Source of the DNA: an uncultured Candidatus Binatia bacterium
GTDB taxonomy: Bacteria > Desulfobacterota > Binatia > UBA9968 > JAJDTQ01
NCBI GenBank assembly: GCA_965213675.1
Contig: OZ243916.1
Coordinates: 1,952,001-2,016,000 of the forward strand
DNA: 64,000 bases
Reading direction: 5' to 3'
The first letter of the stretch is position 1; every line of letters starts with the position of its first letter. The notes below the pieces were generated by a model, which did no database searches, was not told where the DNA came from, and worked only from the letters and a program-made list of their open reading frames with translations. Below are positions 21,192 through 30,899 of the stretch, piece by piece. The translations under genes were made by a program, and so were the position numbers.

Positions 21192-21980
21192 ATGCTCATG
21201 GCACAGTGCACGGTCATCGCCAACTGGAAGATGCACGGGACCCGGGACCAGGCCCGGGACCTCGCCCGCGCCGTCCGGCAACTCGTGGAAAACCGTTTTC
21301 GCGCGGTCGAAGTCGTCCTGGCGCCGCCCTTCACCTCCCTTGAGGCGGTGCAGAGATCCCTGGAGGGAAGCCGGTTGCGCCTGGCCGCCCAGAACCTCCA
21401 CTGGCAGCCGAGTGGGGCGTTCACCGGAGAAGTGTCCGCCGGCATGCTGCGGGACGCAGGCTGCAGCCACGTCCTTGTCGGCCACTCCGAAAGGCGCCGG
21501 TTGTTCGGCGAGACCAACCGTGAGGTCGGCCGCAAGCTCGCCGCGGCACTGGAGGCCTCTCTCAAACCGGTTCTCTGCATCGGCGAGACGCTGGCGGAGC
21601 GTCGCCGGGGCGACACGCACCGCACCCTCTCGGCTCAGCTCTCGGGCGCATTGAAGGATGTTCCGAAAAGTGTTATTGAACCGCTGACGATAGCGTATGA
21701 GCCGGTCTGGGCCATCGGCACCGGCCGGCACGCGACACCCACGCAGGTGGCCGAGGCCCAGGGCTGGATACGACGCGCCCTTGCGCGCCGCTTCGGGACG
21801 GCTCCGGCGCGAGCGATACCCATTCTCTACGGCGGTAGCGTCAACCCCGACAGCGCTGCGGCACTGGCCGGGGTTGCGGAAGTGGACGGCGCGCTGGTGG
21901 GTGGGGCGAGCCTGGACCATCAGAGCTTCGGCGCCATTGTCAAGATATTCTCGGCGGAGACGCGAAAGGCTCGGACATGA
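21192..21980 (+). CDS. tpiA: Triosephosphate isomerase
   Basis: NWKM, GHSERR, AYEPVWAIGTG, YGGSV. Confidence 0.98.
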   Translation: MLMAQCTVIANWKMHGTRDQARDLARAVRQLVENRFRAVEVVLAPPFTSLEAVQRSLEGSRLRLAAQNLHWQPSGAFTGEVSAGMLRDAGCSHVLVGHSERRRLFGETNREVGRKLAAALEASLKPVLCIGETLAERRRGDTHRTLSAQLSGALKDVPKSVIEPLTIAYEPVWAIGTGRHATPTQVAEAQGWIRRALARRFGTAPARAIPILYGGSVNPDSAAALAGVAEVDGALVGGASLDHQSFGAIVKIFSAETRKART

Positions 21981-22327
21981 CCATCCTGGTGACCACCGTT
22001 CATATTCTGGTTTGTCTGGGGCTCATCGTGGTGGTGCTGCTGCAGACCGGCAAGGGCACCGACATGGGCGCCGCCTTCGGCGGCGGCTCCAGCACGACTG
22101 TCTTTGGCAGCAGCGGCGCGGGCAACTTCCTCACGCGGATGACCACGGGCATGGCCGTGGTATTCATGGTCACATCCCTGACGCTGGGTTACTTCTCCCA
22201 ACCGGGCACCGGATCGAGCGTCTTCGACAGCGTCGCGCCGCAGCCCGCCCCCGCGGCGGCGCCAGCCGAGCCGACAACGGCCGAGCAGGGCACGGAAACG
22301 CCCGCCGAGGCGCCCGCCGCTCCCTGA
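21977..22327 (+). CDS. secG: Preprotein translocase subunit SecG
   Basis: VLLQTGKGTDMGAAFGGG, NFLTRMT. Confidence 0.96.
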   Translation: MTILVTTVHILVCLGLIVVVLLQTGKGTDMGAAFGGGSSTTVFGSSGAGNFLTRMTTGMAVVFMVTSLTLGYFSQPGTGSSVFDSVAPQPAPAAAPAEPTTAEQGTETPAEAPAAP

Positions 22328-22349
22328 GAAAACAGATTCACGCGAATAT

Positions 22350-22436
22350 GCGAGGATGGCGGAATAGGCAGACGCGCTAGCTTGAGGGGCTAGTGCCAGC
22401 AATGGCGTGGGGGTTCAAGTCCCCCTCCTCGCACCA
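22350..22436 (+). tRNA. tRNA-Leu(GAG)
   Basis: GCGAGGA/TCCTCGC acceptor stem, anticodon arm CTAGC-TTGAGGG-GCTAG, long variable arm, GGTTCAAGTCC, encoded CCA; secG-tRNA-Leu synteny. Confidence 0.97.
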
Positions 22437-22566
22437 CCTTCCCCATCTTCCTGGCGTTCGCCAGGGAATATCTGCGGCGCGCAGACCCGGATTGCCATAC
22501 GGGAACTACACCCTGCGCAGGTGTATTTCTCTCCCGCCCGGAGCCATGACACAACCGGCGGTTGGT

Positions 22567-23133
22567 TTAATTGACAGCGACCTTGGTCGTTGGGACGCCT
22601 ACGTGGCTCCTTACGGTCTGGTTGCCGAGCAGAGGCGGCGAGTGCAGTTCATTAAATTCGGCGTCGGACTGCAATTCCAGCCACACTTCACCAACATAGC
22701 GATCCTGTCTGGCTCCGACCTGATACGTCGGGGTGAAGTCCTCGTTGTGTGAGCAGTCATTGTCGGATGCCGTACAGTCCCACTCCATAGAGATCTCATA
22801 CACCGTACTGCTGACCTTCTTGATTTCTTCAGTAACTGTTCCCAGGCCGTACCTGCGGTTGGTGTAGCCTGGGACCAGGTTGGTCGTATCGTCTGTCATA
22901 AAGTCGTGCCAACTGACTCCGCCCACCGGTTCGGAGAAAGTCACCTGCCACGTCACTTTCTGCGTGTTCCCGCCTGCCGGTTGGTTCACGCCGCAGATGT
23001 AAGGCTCAAACAATGTCCGATCCGCTGCAGCCAGAGGGCAACTACCTTGAGCTCTTGCTTCACCGGCAAGGCCAAGTAGGGCTACCCCCGCCCAGAAGAC
23101 GGCAATCGTCAGGTATCGTATAATGTTGTTCAT
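22567..23133 (-). CDS. Hypothetical secreted protein, possibly Ig-like beta-sandwich
   Basis: Signal peptide ending ARA-Q, GGGAG RBS, four Cys, VTFSEPV strand motif; lower GC than flanks. Confidence 0.6.
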   Translation of the reverse strand: MNNIIRYLTIAVFWAGVALLGLAGEARAQGSCPLAAADRTLFEPYICGVNQPAGGNTQKVTWQVTFSEPVGGVSWHDFMTDDTTNLVPGYTNRRYGLGTVTEEIKKVSSTVYEISMEWDCTASDNDCSHNEDFTPTYQVGARQDRYVGEVWLELQSDAEFNELHSPPLLGNQTVRSHVGVPTTKVAVN

Positions 23134-23496
23134 GATCTCGCTCCCACTCCCGGTGTGTTAACTGTCCCGAGTATAGCGTAACCAAAAGGTAACTACCCAA
23201 GTAGAGGGCCTCGGCGATTTCGGCGTCGCGCTCGGAAGTCACGCCTTTGTCAAGCTCCATGGCGAATTCCGTCAGCATCTGGCCCGGAAATTCCTTGGAA
23301 CCAATTGTCTCATACCACGGCGGCAAGTCCAGGAACAATTCCGGCTCGCGCTGAGGGCTTGTGATGAGTGAGGTGAGGTGGCCTTGCTACAGGTGGTTTC
23401 GCGGGTCCCCAAATCCACCGTCCGGCGGCTGCATCATGGACCGTCGAGGCGGATCAAACGTTCGCCACTCCTCAGTATCCGCGCCACTCCCGCCCC

Positions 23497-23796
23497 CTAC
23501 TGCATGGCTCGGGCGATGTCGTAAAGGGACTGCACAAGAAAGGCGCGCAGGAACCACAGGATCAACAAGGCCGCCACTGGCGACATGTCGATGCCGCCGA
23601 ACGCCAACGGAAGGGTTTGTCTCAGCCGGTTCAGGACCGGATCGGTGAGATTGCAGAGCATGCGCACGATGGGATTGTAAGGATCCGCGTTGACCCAGGA
23701 GATCACCGCGCGACCGATGATCACCCACACGTAAAGGGTGATCACCATGTTCAAGAGACCCGCCAAGGCCTCGATAAAGTTACTCGCGACGAACAT
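23497..23796 (-). CDS. yggT: YggT family membrane protein
   Basis: ISWVNADPYNPIV, LTDPVL, GGIDMSP. Confidence 0.93.
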   Translation of the reverse strand: MFVASNFIEALAGLLNMVITLYVWVIIGRAVISWVNADPYNPIVRMLCNLTDPVLNRLRQTLPLAFGGIDMSPVAALLILWFLRAFLVQSLYDIARAMQ

Positions 23797-23834
23797 CTTC
23801 CTCCAGCCTTGATCGTTGTTGCCGGCTCAGTCGC

Positions 23835-24530
23835 TCAGGGCCGGTTCCGAGGTCCGAACAGCGCAGTCCCTACCCGTACCAGCGTCGACCCTTCCGCCAC
23901 CGCCACTTCGTAGTCGTGGGTCATCCCCATGGAAAGCTCGTCCAGCATCACATGGGGCAGGCCCAGATCCATAACCGTGTCGCGCAGCTCCCGCAGCCGC
24001 CGAAAATACCGCCGGCTCGCCTCCGGATTCTCCGCCAGAGGCGGCACCGTCATCAGTCCCTTGACGCGAACGCGATCAAGACACGACACCTCGCGGAGCA
24101 AGGGAACCAGGCCATCCTGGGAAACCCCCGACTTGGTGGCCTCCGAGGCAAGATTCACCTCCACCATCACGCCGATGTCCCGGTCCTGTGCGCGCCCCTC
24201 CCGATCAACCGCGTGCGCGAGCCGAACGTTGTCCAGCGTTTGAATCACCGCGAACAACCCCACGGCCACGCGCGCCTTGTTGCGCTGAAGATGTCCGATC
24301 AGGTGCCACTCGGCGGCGTCGCCAAGCATCGCCTTCTTGGCTTGGGCTTCCTGCACATAGTTCTCTCCCACCAAGTGCACGCCCGCGTCCAACGCGGTGC
24401 GCACCGCGGCTGCACTCTGGGTCTTGGTGGCCGCCAGGAGCCGGACTCCGCGGGGGTCCCGGCCGCTTCGTTCCGCCGCGGCCGCGATGCCATCCATGAC
24501 CCGCTTGCAGTTGCCGGCGATGTCCACCAT
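23835..24530 (-). CDS. yggS: PLP homeostasis protein YggS
   Basis: GENYVQE, WHLIGHLQRNK, LSMGMTHDY, VRVGTALFG. Confidence 0.96.
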   Translation of the reverse strand: MVDIAGNCKRVMDGIAAAAERSGRDPRGVRLLAATKTQSAAAVRTALDAGVHLVGENYVQEAQAKKAMLGDAAEWHLIGHLQRNKARVAVGLFAVIQTLDNVRLAHAVDREGRAQDRDIGVMVEVNLASEATKSGVSQDGLVPLLREVSCLDRVRVKGLMTVPPLAENPEASRRYFRRLRELRDTVMDLGLPHVMLDELSMGMTHDYEVAVAEGSTLVRVGTALFGPRNRP

Positions 24531-24721
24531 GTGCCCGAAGCGCGCTCCTCGGCGCCGTTCCCGAAGAAACAACTGTCTTTTGGCCATCTGTCTACTGGCC
24601 CGCGTTTCGCTGGAGTATACCACAGTGCCGACCCGAGTGAATCGACGCTCGCCGGGTCTGTGCCGCACCGCGCGCTTACGCGAGCGCGCCGGTATTGCTA
24701 CAATTCGCGAATCGTTTCGCC

Positions 24722-26809
24722 ATGAAGAGGAAAATGCGTACCCGCGCCGCCGGCTGGTTCCTGCTGTTAAGCCTGTGGGCTTCCCTTGCGCACGCCCGGG
24801 CCGGAGCCGAAGCGGAGTTCGCCCGTGCCTATGGGCACTTCTCGGCCGGTGAGCACGCCGTGGCGGAGCCGCTTTTCCGGCAAGCGTTGTCCGACGGCGC
24901 GTTCGTGCTGAAGGACTACTCCCTTTACTACCTCGGCCGCATTGCCGGCGCCGCGAACCGGCACGACGAGGCCCGCGGCCACTTCACCCGTTTGCGGCGG
25001 GCGTTTCCCCGCAGCGTCTGGGCGGCCGAAGCGTCTTTCGAGTTGGTCGAGCTCGACCTGGCCCAGGGACGGCACCAGGCAGCCGCGCGCCGCGCCGCCG
25101 AGATCAGGAAGACCACGCGCGGGAAGGAGAGTCGGGCCAGGGCCGCGTACCTGCTCGGTCGGGCGCGCGAGGGCGCGGGCAAGGACCGGGCGGCCTATTC
25201 CCTTTACCAGGAGGCGCGCCGGCGCGCCCCGCGTTCCACATGGAGCAGCCGCGCCCGGCAAAAGGTGCGGGAACTTCGGCGGAAACACCCCGGACAACTC
25301 GGACTCCGCAACGGCCAGGAGATGCTCCGGGAAGCCCGGCAGCTTCGGCGGGAGCGCGACTATCGCGCGGCGGCCGACCTCTACCAACGCATTCTGCGCG
25401 AAACCAACTTCCGGCGACTATCCCTGGAGGGACTCGCCGCAGTGTACCGGAAGATGCGGCTTCGGGACGAGGAGGAAGCGGTCCTGCGCCGCTACGTCCG
25501 GCACTATCCAAAACGCGCCCGCGCCGGCGACGCATTGACCCGCATCGCCACCATCCAGTGGAATCGCGACGACAACGCCGCGGCGCTGGAGACCCTGCGT
25601 GAGTTCAGGAAGAAGTATCCCGGCCATCGCCGCCGGCGCTACGCCATCTACGTCATCGGCCGCATCCACGAATCCATGGGCCGGTGGCAGACGGCGACCC
25701 GGACCTACCGCCAGCTCTTCGCGAAAGAGCACCGGTACAGTCCATTCCGCCACGAGGCGGCATGGCGCCTGGCGTGGATTCACTACCTCAAGTCCGACTA
25801 CCCGAAGGCCCGGGGAGTCTTCCGCGACATCGCCAGCCGGCCCGGCAACTTCAGGCTGGCCGCGGTCTTCTGGGAGGCGCGCATCGCGGAGAGGCTCGAG
25901 GACTCCCCCACCGCCAAGCGGTTATACCGGCGCGTGATACGGAAGGACCCCGAATCCTACTACGCGATCCTGGCCTCACGGCGGCTCGCGGGGCTAGGCG
26001 TCACCCTGCCGGAGCCTTCGTCGCCCAAGCGCGCTGTTCCAACGGCGCGCGCCCCGCGCCTGGGCGAACGGGCAAGGTTTCACCTCACGCGCGCCCGCGC
26101 GCTGGGCGGGCTCGGCCTGGACCGGCTCGCGCATACCGAACTCGACCGGGTCCGCCGGCATTCGAAGCGCACGAAGGGCCTCCGGCTTCTGCTCATGCGT
26201 GAGTACGCGCGTACCCACGCTCATCATCGCAGCCTCTCGCTGGCGGTGCAGTCGCCGTCGTCCCCCGAGGTGCTGCGGCTCCGGTACCCGCTGGCGCACT
26301 GGGACGCGGTGCGGCGGCATGCGGCCGAGAACGGTCTCGACCCTTACCTGATATTGTCGCTGATGCGGCAGGAGAGCCTATTCAAGGCGCGGGCCTTGTC
26401 CCCCGCCAACGCGTTGGGGCTCATGCAGATGCTTCACGAAACCGCGCGCGCCGAGGCGTCGAAGATGGGGCTTGCGGAACCCGACGCCCGCGACCTTTTC
26501 GATCCGGAACTGAACATCCGGCTCGGCGCCCATCACCTCAAGGGGTTGCTGGCAGACTACGACCAGAGCCACGCCAAGGCGCTGGCGGCCTACAACGCCG
26601 GCCAGGAGGCGGTGGAACGCTGGACCCGCGACCTGGGGTCCGCCGACGACCTGGAGTTCACCGAGCGGATCTCGTACCGGGAAACGCGCCGCTACGTAAA
26701 GGCCGTGCTGCGCAACTACCACGCCTACCAAACCCTCTACGGCGCCGTTGCGCGGGAACAACCTCTCGACCCCGCGAGTTGCCGGCCGTGCGACGAAGCG
26801 AGTCCGTAG
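24722..26809 (+). CDS. slt: Soluble lytic transglycosylase with TPR-like repeats
   Basis: RQES, ALGLMQ, AAYNAG, ETRRYVK; signal peptide. Confidence 0.92.
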   Translation: MKRKMRTRAAGWFLLLSLWASLAHARAGAEAEFARAYGHFSAGEHAVAEPLFRQALSDGAFVLKDYSLYYLGRIAGAANRHDEARGHFTRLRRAFPRSVWAAEASFELVELDLAQGRHQAAARRAAEIRKTTRGKESRARAAYLLGRAREGAGKDRAAYSLYQEARRRAPRSTWSSRARQKVRELRRKHPGQLGLRNGQEMLREARQLRRERDYRAAADLYQRILRETNFRRLSLEGLAAVYRKMRLRDEEEAVLRRYVRHYPKRARAGDALTRIATIQWNRDDNAAALETLREFRKKYPGHRRRRYAIYVIGRIHESMGRWQTATRTYRQLFAKEHRYSPFRHEAAWRLAWIHYLKSDYPKARGVFRDIASRPGNFRLAAVFWEARIAERLEDSPTAKRLYRRVIRKDPESYYAILASRRLAGLGVTLPEPSSPKRAVPTARAPRLGERARFHLTRARALGGLGLDRLAHTELDRVRRHSKRTKGLRLLLMREYARTHAHHRSLSLAVQSPSSPEVLRLRYPLAHWDAVRRHAAENGLDPYLILSLMRQESLFKARALSPANALGLMQMLHETARAEASKMGLAEPDARDLFDPELNIRLGAHHLKGLLADYDQSHAKALAAYNAGQEAVERWTRDLGSADDLEFTERISYRETRRYVKAVLRNYHAYQTLYGAVAREQPLDPASCRPCDEASP

Positions 26810-27056
26810 ACCCTCCCTGTGCTGTCACCCAGGATCACCTCTTGCGGAGCTGGTCGCTGTTGCAAGACTGCGTCATGACTTGCCTGAGTTCCCTGCCTTG
26901 TCCACACCGGACATTGCCTGATCGCCGCCGTCGCCATCCGCGCCGACACGCCCTTACTTCACCAGGATGTCGACTTCGACGTCCTGGCTCGTCACACGGA
27001 CCTGCAAACCGAAGCATGAGGAGAGAGGGTTCAGGACCCATCCGGGTGTTCTGAGC

Positions 27057-27221
27057 CTGGCGTCGTGTCCCGCAAATTCCTGCGATAATTCGCGGGTCTT
27101 TCTCGCCGCCGGCTGCGTGGCTCTTGCTCGCGTGGCAACCGCCACTGCTCGTCATCGCGCTTTGCCGACAACAAGAAATCCTGCGCAACTTGTCGCAGGA
27201 ATTTGCGGGACACGACACCAG
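27057..27221. mobile_element. 165-bp MITE-like palindromic element, copy A
   Basis: Terminal inverted repeats CTGGCGTCGTGTCCCGCAAATTCCTGCGA / TCGCAGGAATTTGCGGGACACGACACCAG; core very similar to 35741-35905. Confidence 0.8.
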
Positions 27222-27331
27222 GACCAGGCTCAGGACAGACGAAGCGAAGTCGACGGGCGTCGTCACATTGGAGCGGAGGCCCCCAAATGCGCTTCGTTGG
27301 ACAATTGCCCGCGGTTCTCTATAGTGACCCG

Positions 27332-28378
27332 ATGAGCCACGGACACAAGGAGATCATCTCGGCCGGGGACCGCACCACCTGGGCCGTCACCGCGCCAGCG
27401 ATCCTGACGCCGCGGGAGCGCGGGTCGGACCACGCCGCCGCCAGCATGGTGCGCACCCTGTTCGACCGCCCCCGCTGGCTGGAACCCTGCCACCTGTACG
27501 ACGAACGGGGTTCGCTGCTGTTCGAGGACATCTGCGAGTTGCCGGAGTACTACCCCACCCGCACCGAAGCGGCGATCCTGGAACGCGAGGCCGGCGCGCT
27601 CATGAGCCTGGCGCCGGTGGAGTGCATCGTGGAGCTTGGCGCCGGCTTCTCGAAGAAGACCGTCCATCTGCTGAAGGCGCTCACCCATGCGCGTGGCGGC
27701 GGCGCCTTCGCCGCGGTGGACGTGAGCAACACCGCGCTCATGGCGTCCAGGCGCATGGCCGAGGAGCTTTTCCCCGAGCTGGCCTTCACCGGGCTCGAAG
27801 CCCGCTTCGAGGACGCCATCACCAGCATCACCCGGGAGATCCCCAAGCTCGTGGTGTTCCTGGGCAGCACCATCGGCAACTTCTCTCCCACCGACATGCT
27901 GCACTTTTTCAGCCACCTGACCGAGAACATGGGGCCTGAGGACTACCTTCTGCTGGGGGTGGACCGGATCAAGGACCCGGCCATTATCGAACCGGCCTAC
28001 GACGACTCCCGCGGCGCCACCGCCGCCTTCATCCTCAATGGTTTCCGCAACGTCAACCGCGTCACCGGCGCCAGCTTCCAGCCGGACAAGATCGCCTACC
28101 GGAGCGGCTACAACCGCGAGCGCGCCCAGGTGGAGATGCGCGGCGTCGCCCGGGAGACCCACCGGGTGGAGTTCCCGCGCCAGTCCGCGTCATTCCTGTG
28201 GGAGCAGGACGAGCCGATCCTGGTGGAGACCAGCCGCAAGTTCGACCCCGACGACCTGCAGGTGCAACTCCGCTGCTTCGGACTCGAGACCCTGGGCCAC
28301 TGGACCGACCCGGAACAATGGTTCTCGCTGCTCCTGTTTCGCCGGAGCAAGCCCTCACACTCATCGGAGCCGCAATGA
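27332..28378 (+). CDS. egtD: L-histidine N-alpha-trimethyltransferase (hercynine synthesis)
   Basis: YDERGSLLFEDICELPEYYPTRTE, VELGAG, FLGSTIGNF, AYDDSRG, ETSRKF. Confidence 0.88.
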   Translation: MSHGHKEIISAGDRTTWAVTAPAILTPRERGSDHAAASMVRTLFDRPRWLEPCHLYDERGSLLFEDICELPEYYPTRTEAAILEREAGALMSLAPVECIVELGAGFSKKTVHLLKALTHARGGGAFAAVDVSNTALMASRRMAEELFPELAFTGLEARFEDAITSITREIPKLVVFLGSTIGNFSPTDMLHFFSHLTENMGPEDYLLLGVDRIKDPAIIEPAYDDSRGATAAFILNGFRNVNRVTGASFQPDKIAYRSGYNRERAQVEMRGVARETHRVEFPRQSASFLWEQDEPILVETSRKFDPDDLQVQLRCFGLETLGHWTDPEQWFSLLLFRRSKPSHSSEPQ

Positions 28379-29685
28379 AGAAAGTCCCGGACAAGACACC
28401 CGCCTACGATCTCACCGACGCCCGCTTCTGGGACGAGCAGGACCTGCGCTCGGAGGTGGAGCGGGTCTTCCACCTGTGCGCCGAGTGCCGCCTGTGCGTG
28501 AAGTTCTGCGGCAGCTTCCCCAAGCTCTTCGACGCCATCGACTCCTATTGCACCGAGGAAGAGTTCGCGGAGGTGGACTCCACCAAGCTCAAGGCCGACG
28601 ACGTGGACGAGGTGGTGGATCTGTGCTTCCAGTGCAAGCTGTGCAACATCAACTGCCCCTACACCCCAAGCGACCACGACTGGGCCATCGACTTCCCGCG
28701 GCTCATGGCCCGGGCCAAGGCCCAGCACGTGAAGAAGCATGGGGTTCCCTTCACGGACCGCATGCTGGCGAAGCCGGACCTTGTGGGCAAACTGGGCTCC
28801 GCCACCGCGCCCATGGCCAACTGGGCCAACGAGAACCGCGTGCACCGGCTGTTCATGCAGGGCGCCCTGGGCGTGCACAAGGACAAGAAACTGCCCTCGT
28901 TCGCATGGAAGACCTTCGCCTCCCGATACCGCGACGCGTACCAGGCCCCCGCGGGGGAGCCCGTGGCCAAGGCAGCCTATTTCTCCACCTGCTTCGTCAA
29001 CTACAACGAACCCGGCATCGGCACAGACCTGCTGGAGGTCATGGCGCGGAACGGCGTGGACGTGGTGCTGGCCTATCGGGAATGCTGCGGCATGCCGTCG
29101 TGGCACAACGGCGATATGGAAACGGCCAAGGCCCAGGCCCAGCGGAACGTTGAGATGCTGGCGCCCTACGTGGCCGAGGGACGGACCATCATCGCCACCA
29201 ACCCCACCTGTTCGCTCACCATAAGCGACGAGTACCCGCGCATGCTGGACACTCAGGCGGCGCGGGACGTGGCCGCGCACACCACCGACCCCACGGCGTT
29301 TCTGGCCTCGCTCCACGCCGACGGCAAGCTCAACCGCGACTTCAAGACCGGCCCGGGCAAGGTCGCCTACCACATGCCCTGCCACCTGCGGGCGCAACGG
29401 CTGGGGAACCGGACGAGCACCGTGCTGTCCCTGCTGCCCGACACCGAGGTCCAGACCGTGCAGGCCTGCTCGGGACACGACGGCACCTGGGCGATGAAGC
29501 GGGAGAACTTCGAAGCCTCCATGCGCTGGGGGCGGCAGGCATTTCGCGGCATCGAGGGCGCGGGCGCCCCGGTGGCGTGCTCCGACTGTCCCTTGGCCGC
29601 CATCCAGATCGAGCAGGCCACCGGCAAGCAGCCGCTCAACCCCATACAGATCCTGGCCAAGAGTTATCGCGGGGAGGACTTCTGA
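28375..29685 (+). CDS. Fe-S oxidoreductase with 4Fe-4S dicluster and CCG domains (GlpC/Hdr-related)
   Basis: CAECRLCVKFC, CFQCKLCNINCP, ECCGMP, HMPCHLR, CSGHDG, SDCPLA; ATGA overlap with egtD. Confidence 0.88.
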   Translation: MKKVPDKTPAYDLTDARFWDEQDLRSEVERVFHLCAECRLCVKFCGSFPKLFDAIDSYCTEEEFAEVDSTKLKADDVDEVVDLCFQCKLCNINCPYTPSDHDWAIDFPRLMARAKAQHVKKHGVPFTDRMLAKPDLVGKLGSATAPMANWANENRVHRLFMQGALGVHKDKKLPSFAWKTFASRYRDAYQAPAGEPVAKAAYFSTCFVNYNEPGIGTDLLEVMARNGVDVVLAYRECCGMPSWHNGDMETAKAQAQRNVEMLAPYVAEGRTIIATNPTCSLTISDEYPRMLDTQAARDVAAHTTDPTAFLASLHADGKLNRDFKTGPGKVAYHMPCHLRAQRLGNRTSTVLSLLPDTEVQTVQACSGHDGTWAMKRENFEASMRWGRQAFRGIEGAGAPVACSDCPLAAIQIEQATGKQPLNPIQILAKSYRGEDF

Positions 29686-29778
29686 AACCCCGGAGAGCCG
29701 GCCCTCGGTCCCTTGACAGTTCTCCCGAATGTGTACTACTCGCAGACTTCCGTTGGACGGACCAAGAAAGGAACTGAC

Positions 29779-30819
29779 ATGACGCGCACACGGATCCTAT
29801 GCACCATGGCGGCCCTGTGTCTCACGATGGCCGGCGGCCACGCCATGGCCGCCGACTCGGCCGAGCTCAAGGCGCTCCACGAGGCGGCCAAGAAGGAAGG
29901 CAAGGTATTGATGGCGGCGGGCATGCCGCCCAAGGCGCTGAAGGCCCTGCAAAAGGCCTTCAACAAGCGCTTTCCGGGGGTGAAGGCCAAGGTCATCGCC
30001 TCCACCGGTTCCAACGCGGCGAGCCGCATTCTCACTGAATCCAAGGTCGGCAATGCCACCATCGAGGTGGCGCAGACCACCACCGCTTCCGGTCAGCCGC
30101 TGCTCGACGCGGGGCTGGTGCAGCAGGTGGACTACGCCAAGACCTTTGGCGTGCCCGGTAAGGGCATCCTGTTCGACAACCGTTTCGTGCCCTGGTTCGA
30201 CCTGGTGTACGTCATGGCCTACAACTCCAAGAAGGTCTCCCGCGAGGAGGTCCCCACCACTTGGGAGGGGATGCTGGCGCCCAAGTGGAAGGGACGGAAG
30301 CTGGTGCTGATCTCCCGTGGCCACCCGTTCCAGTATCTGCCCAAGGTGTGGGGTGAGGAGAAGGTCCTGGATATGGCGAAGAAGCTGAAGGCCCAGGATC
30401 CCGTCATGACGCCGCGCGGCGGCGCTCAGGTCATTGAGGCCATCGTGTCGGGCCAGGCGTTGATGGGTCCCATCCATCTGAACCGCGTACTGACCGCCAA
30501 GGTGCTGAAGAAGGCGCCCATCGACTACGTGTGGCTGAACGTCACCCCGGTGCTCAACTTCTACTCCTACGCGGTCGCCAAGGTGGCCAACCCCAACGCG
30601 GCCAAGCTCATGGCGGGCTGGCTGGCCACGCCGGAAGCGGGCAAGATCATGGAGAAACACTCGTTCCGGGCGCTCACCACCCTGGAGTCCCAGAGCGAGA
30701 CCGGCAAGCTCCTGGCGGCCTCCAATACGAAGACCGTGGCCACCGCCGTCACCGTGAAGATGGCCCGGCAAGAGAAGGTGTGGCAGAACAAGATCCGCGA
30801 CATCTTCGTGGGCAAGTAG
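29779..30819 (+). CDS. ABC transporter substrate-binding protein (Fe3+/thiamine-like family)
   Basis: Signal peptide AMA-A, LHEAAKKEGKV, PTTWEGMLAPKWKG, NPNAAKL. Confidence 0.88.
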   Translation: MTRTRILCTMAALCLTMAGGHAMAADSAELKALHEAAKKEGKVLMAAGMPPKALKALQKAFNKRFPGVKAKVIASTGSNAASRILTESKVGNATIEVAQTTTASGQPLLDAGLVQQVDYAKTFGVPGKGILFDNRFVPWFDLVYVMAYNSKKVSREEVPTTWEGMLAPKWKGRKLVLISRGHPFQYLPKVWGEEKVLDMAKKLKAQDPVMTPRGGAQVIEAIVSGQALMGPIHLNRVLTAKVLKKAPIDYVWLNVTPVLNFYSYAVAKVANPNAAKLMAGWLATPEAGKIMEKHSFRALTTLESQSETGKLLAASNTKTVATAVTVKMARQEKVWQNKIRDIFVGK

Positions 30820-30899
30820 AACACGGGAACGGCCCGCGCGAGCCGCATGCTCGCGCGGGGTCGCACCCACGGGCAACCGCGCGCGGCGTCCCTGCCTGA

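Noticed and set aside
23060-23338. 92-aa minus-strand ORF upstream of the secreted protein
   Set aside because: TTG start without RBS, overlaps the next gene and its likely promoter; at best a remnant.
29713-29741. TTGACA upstream of the ABC binding protein
   Set aside because: No convincing -10 hexamer at 16-18 bp spacing.
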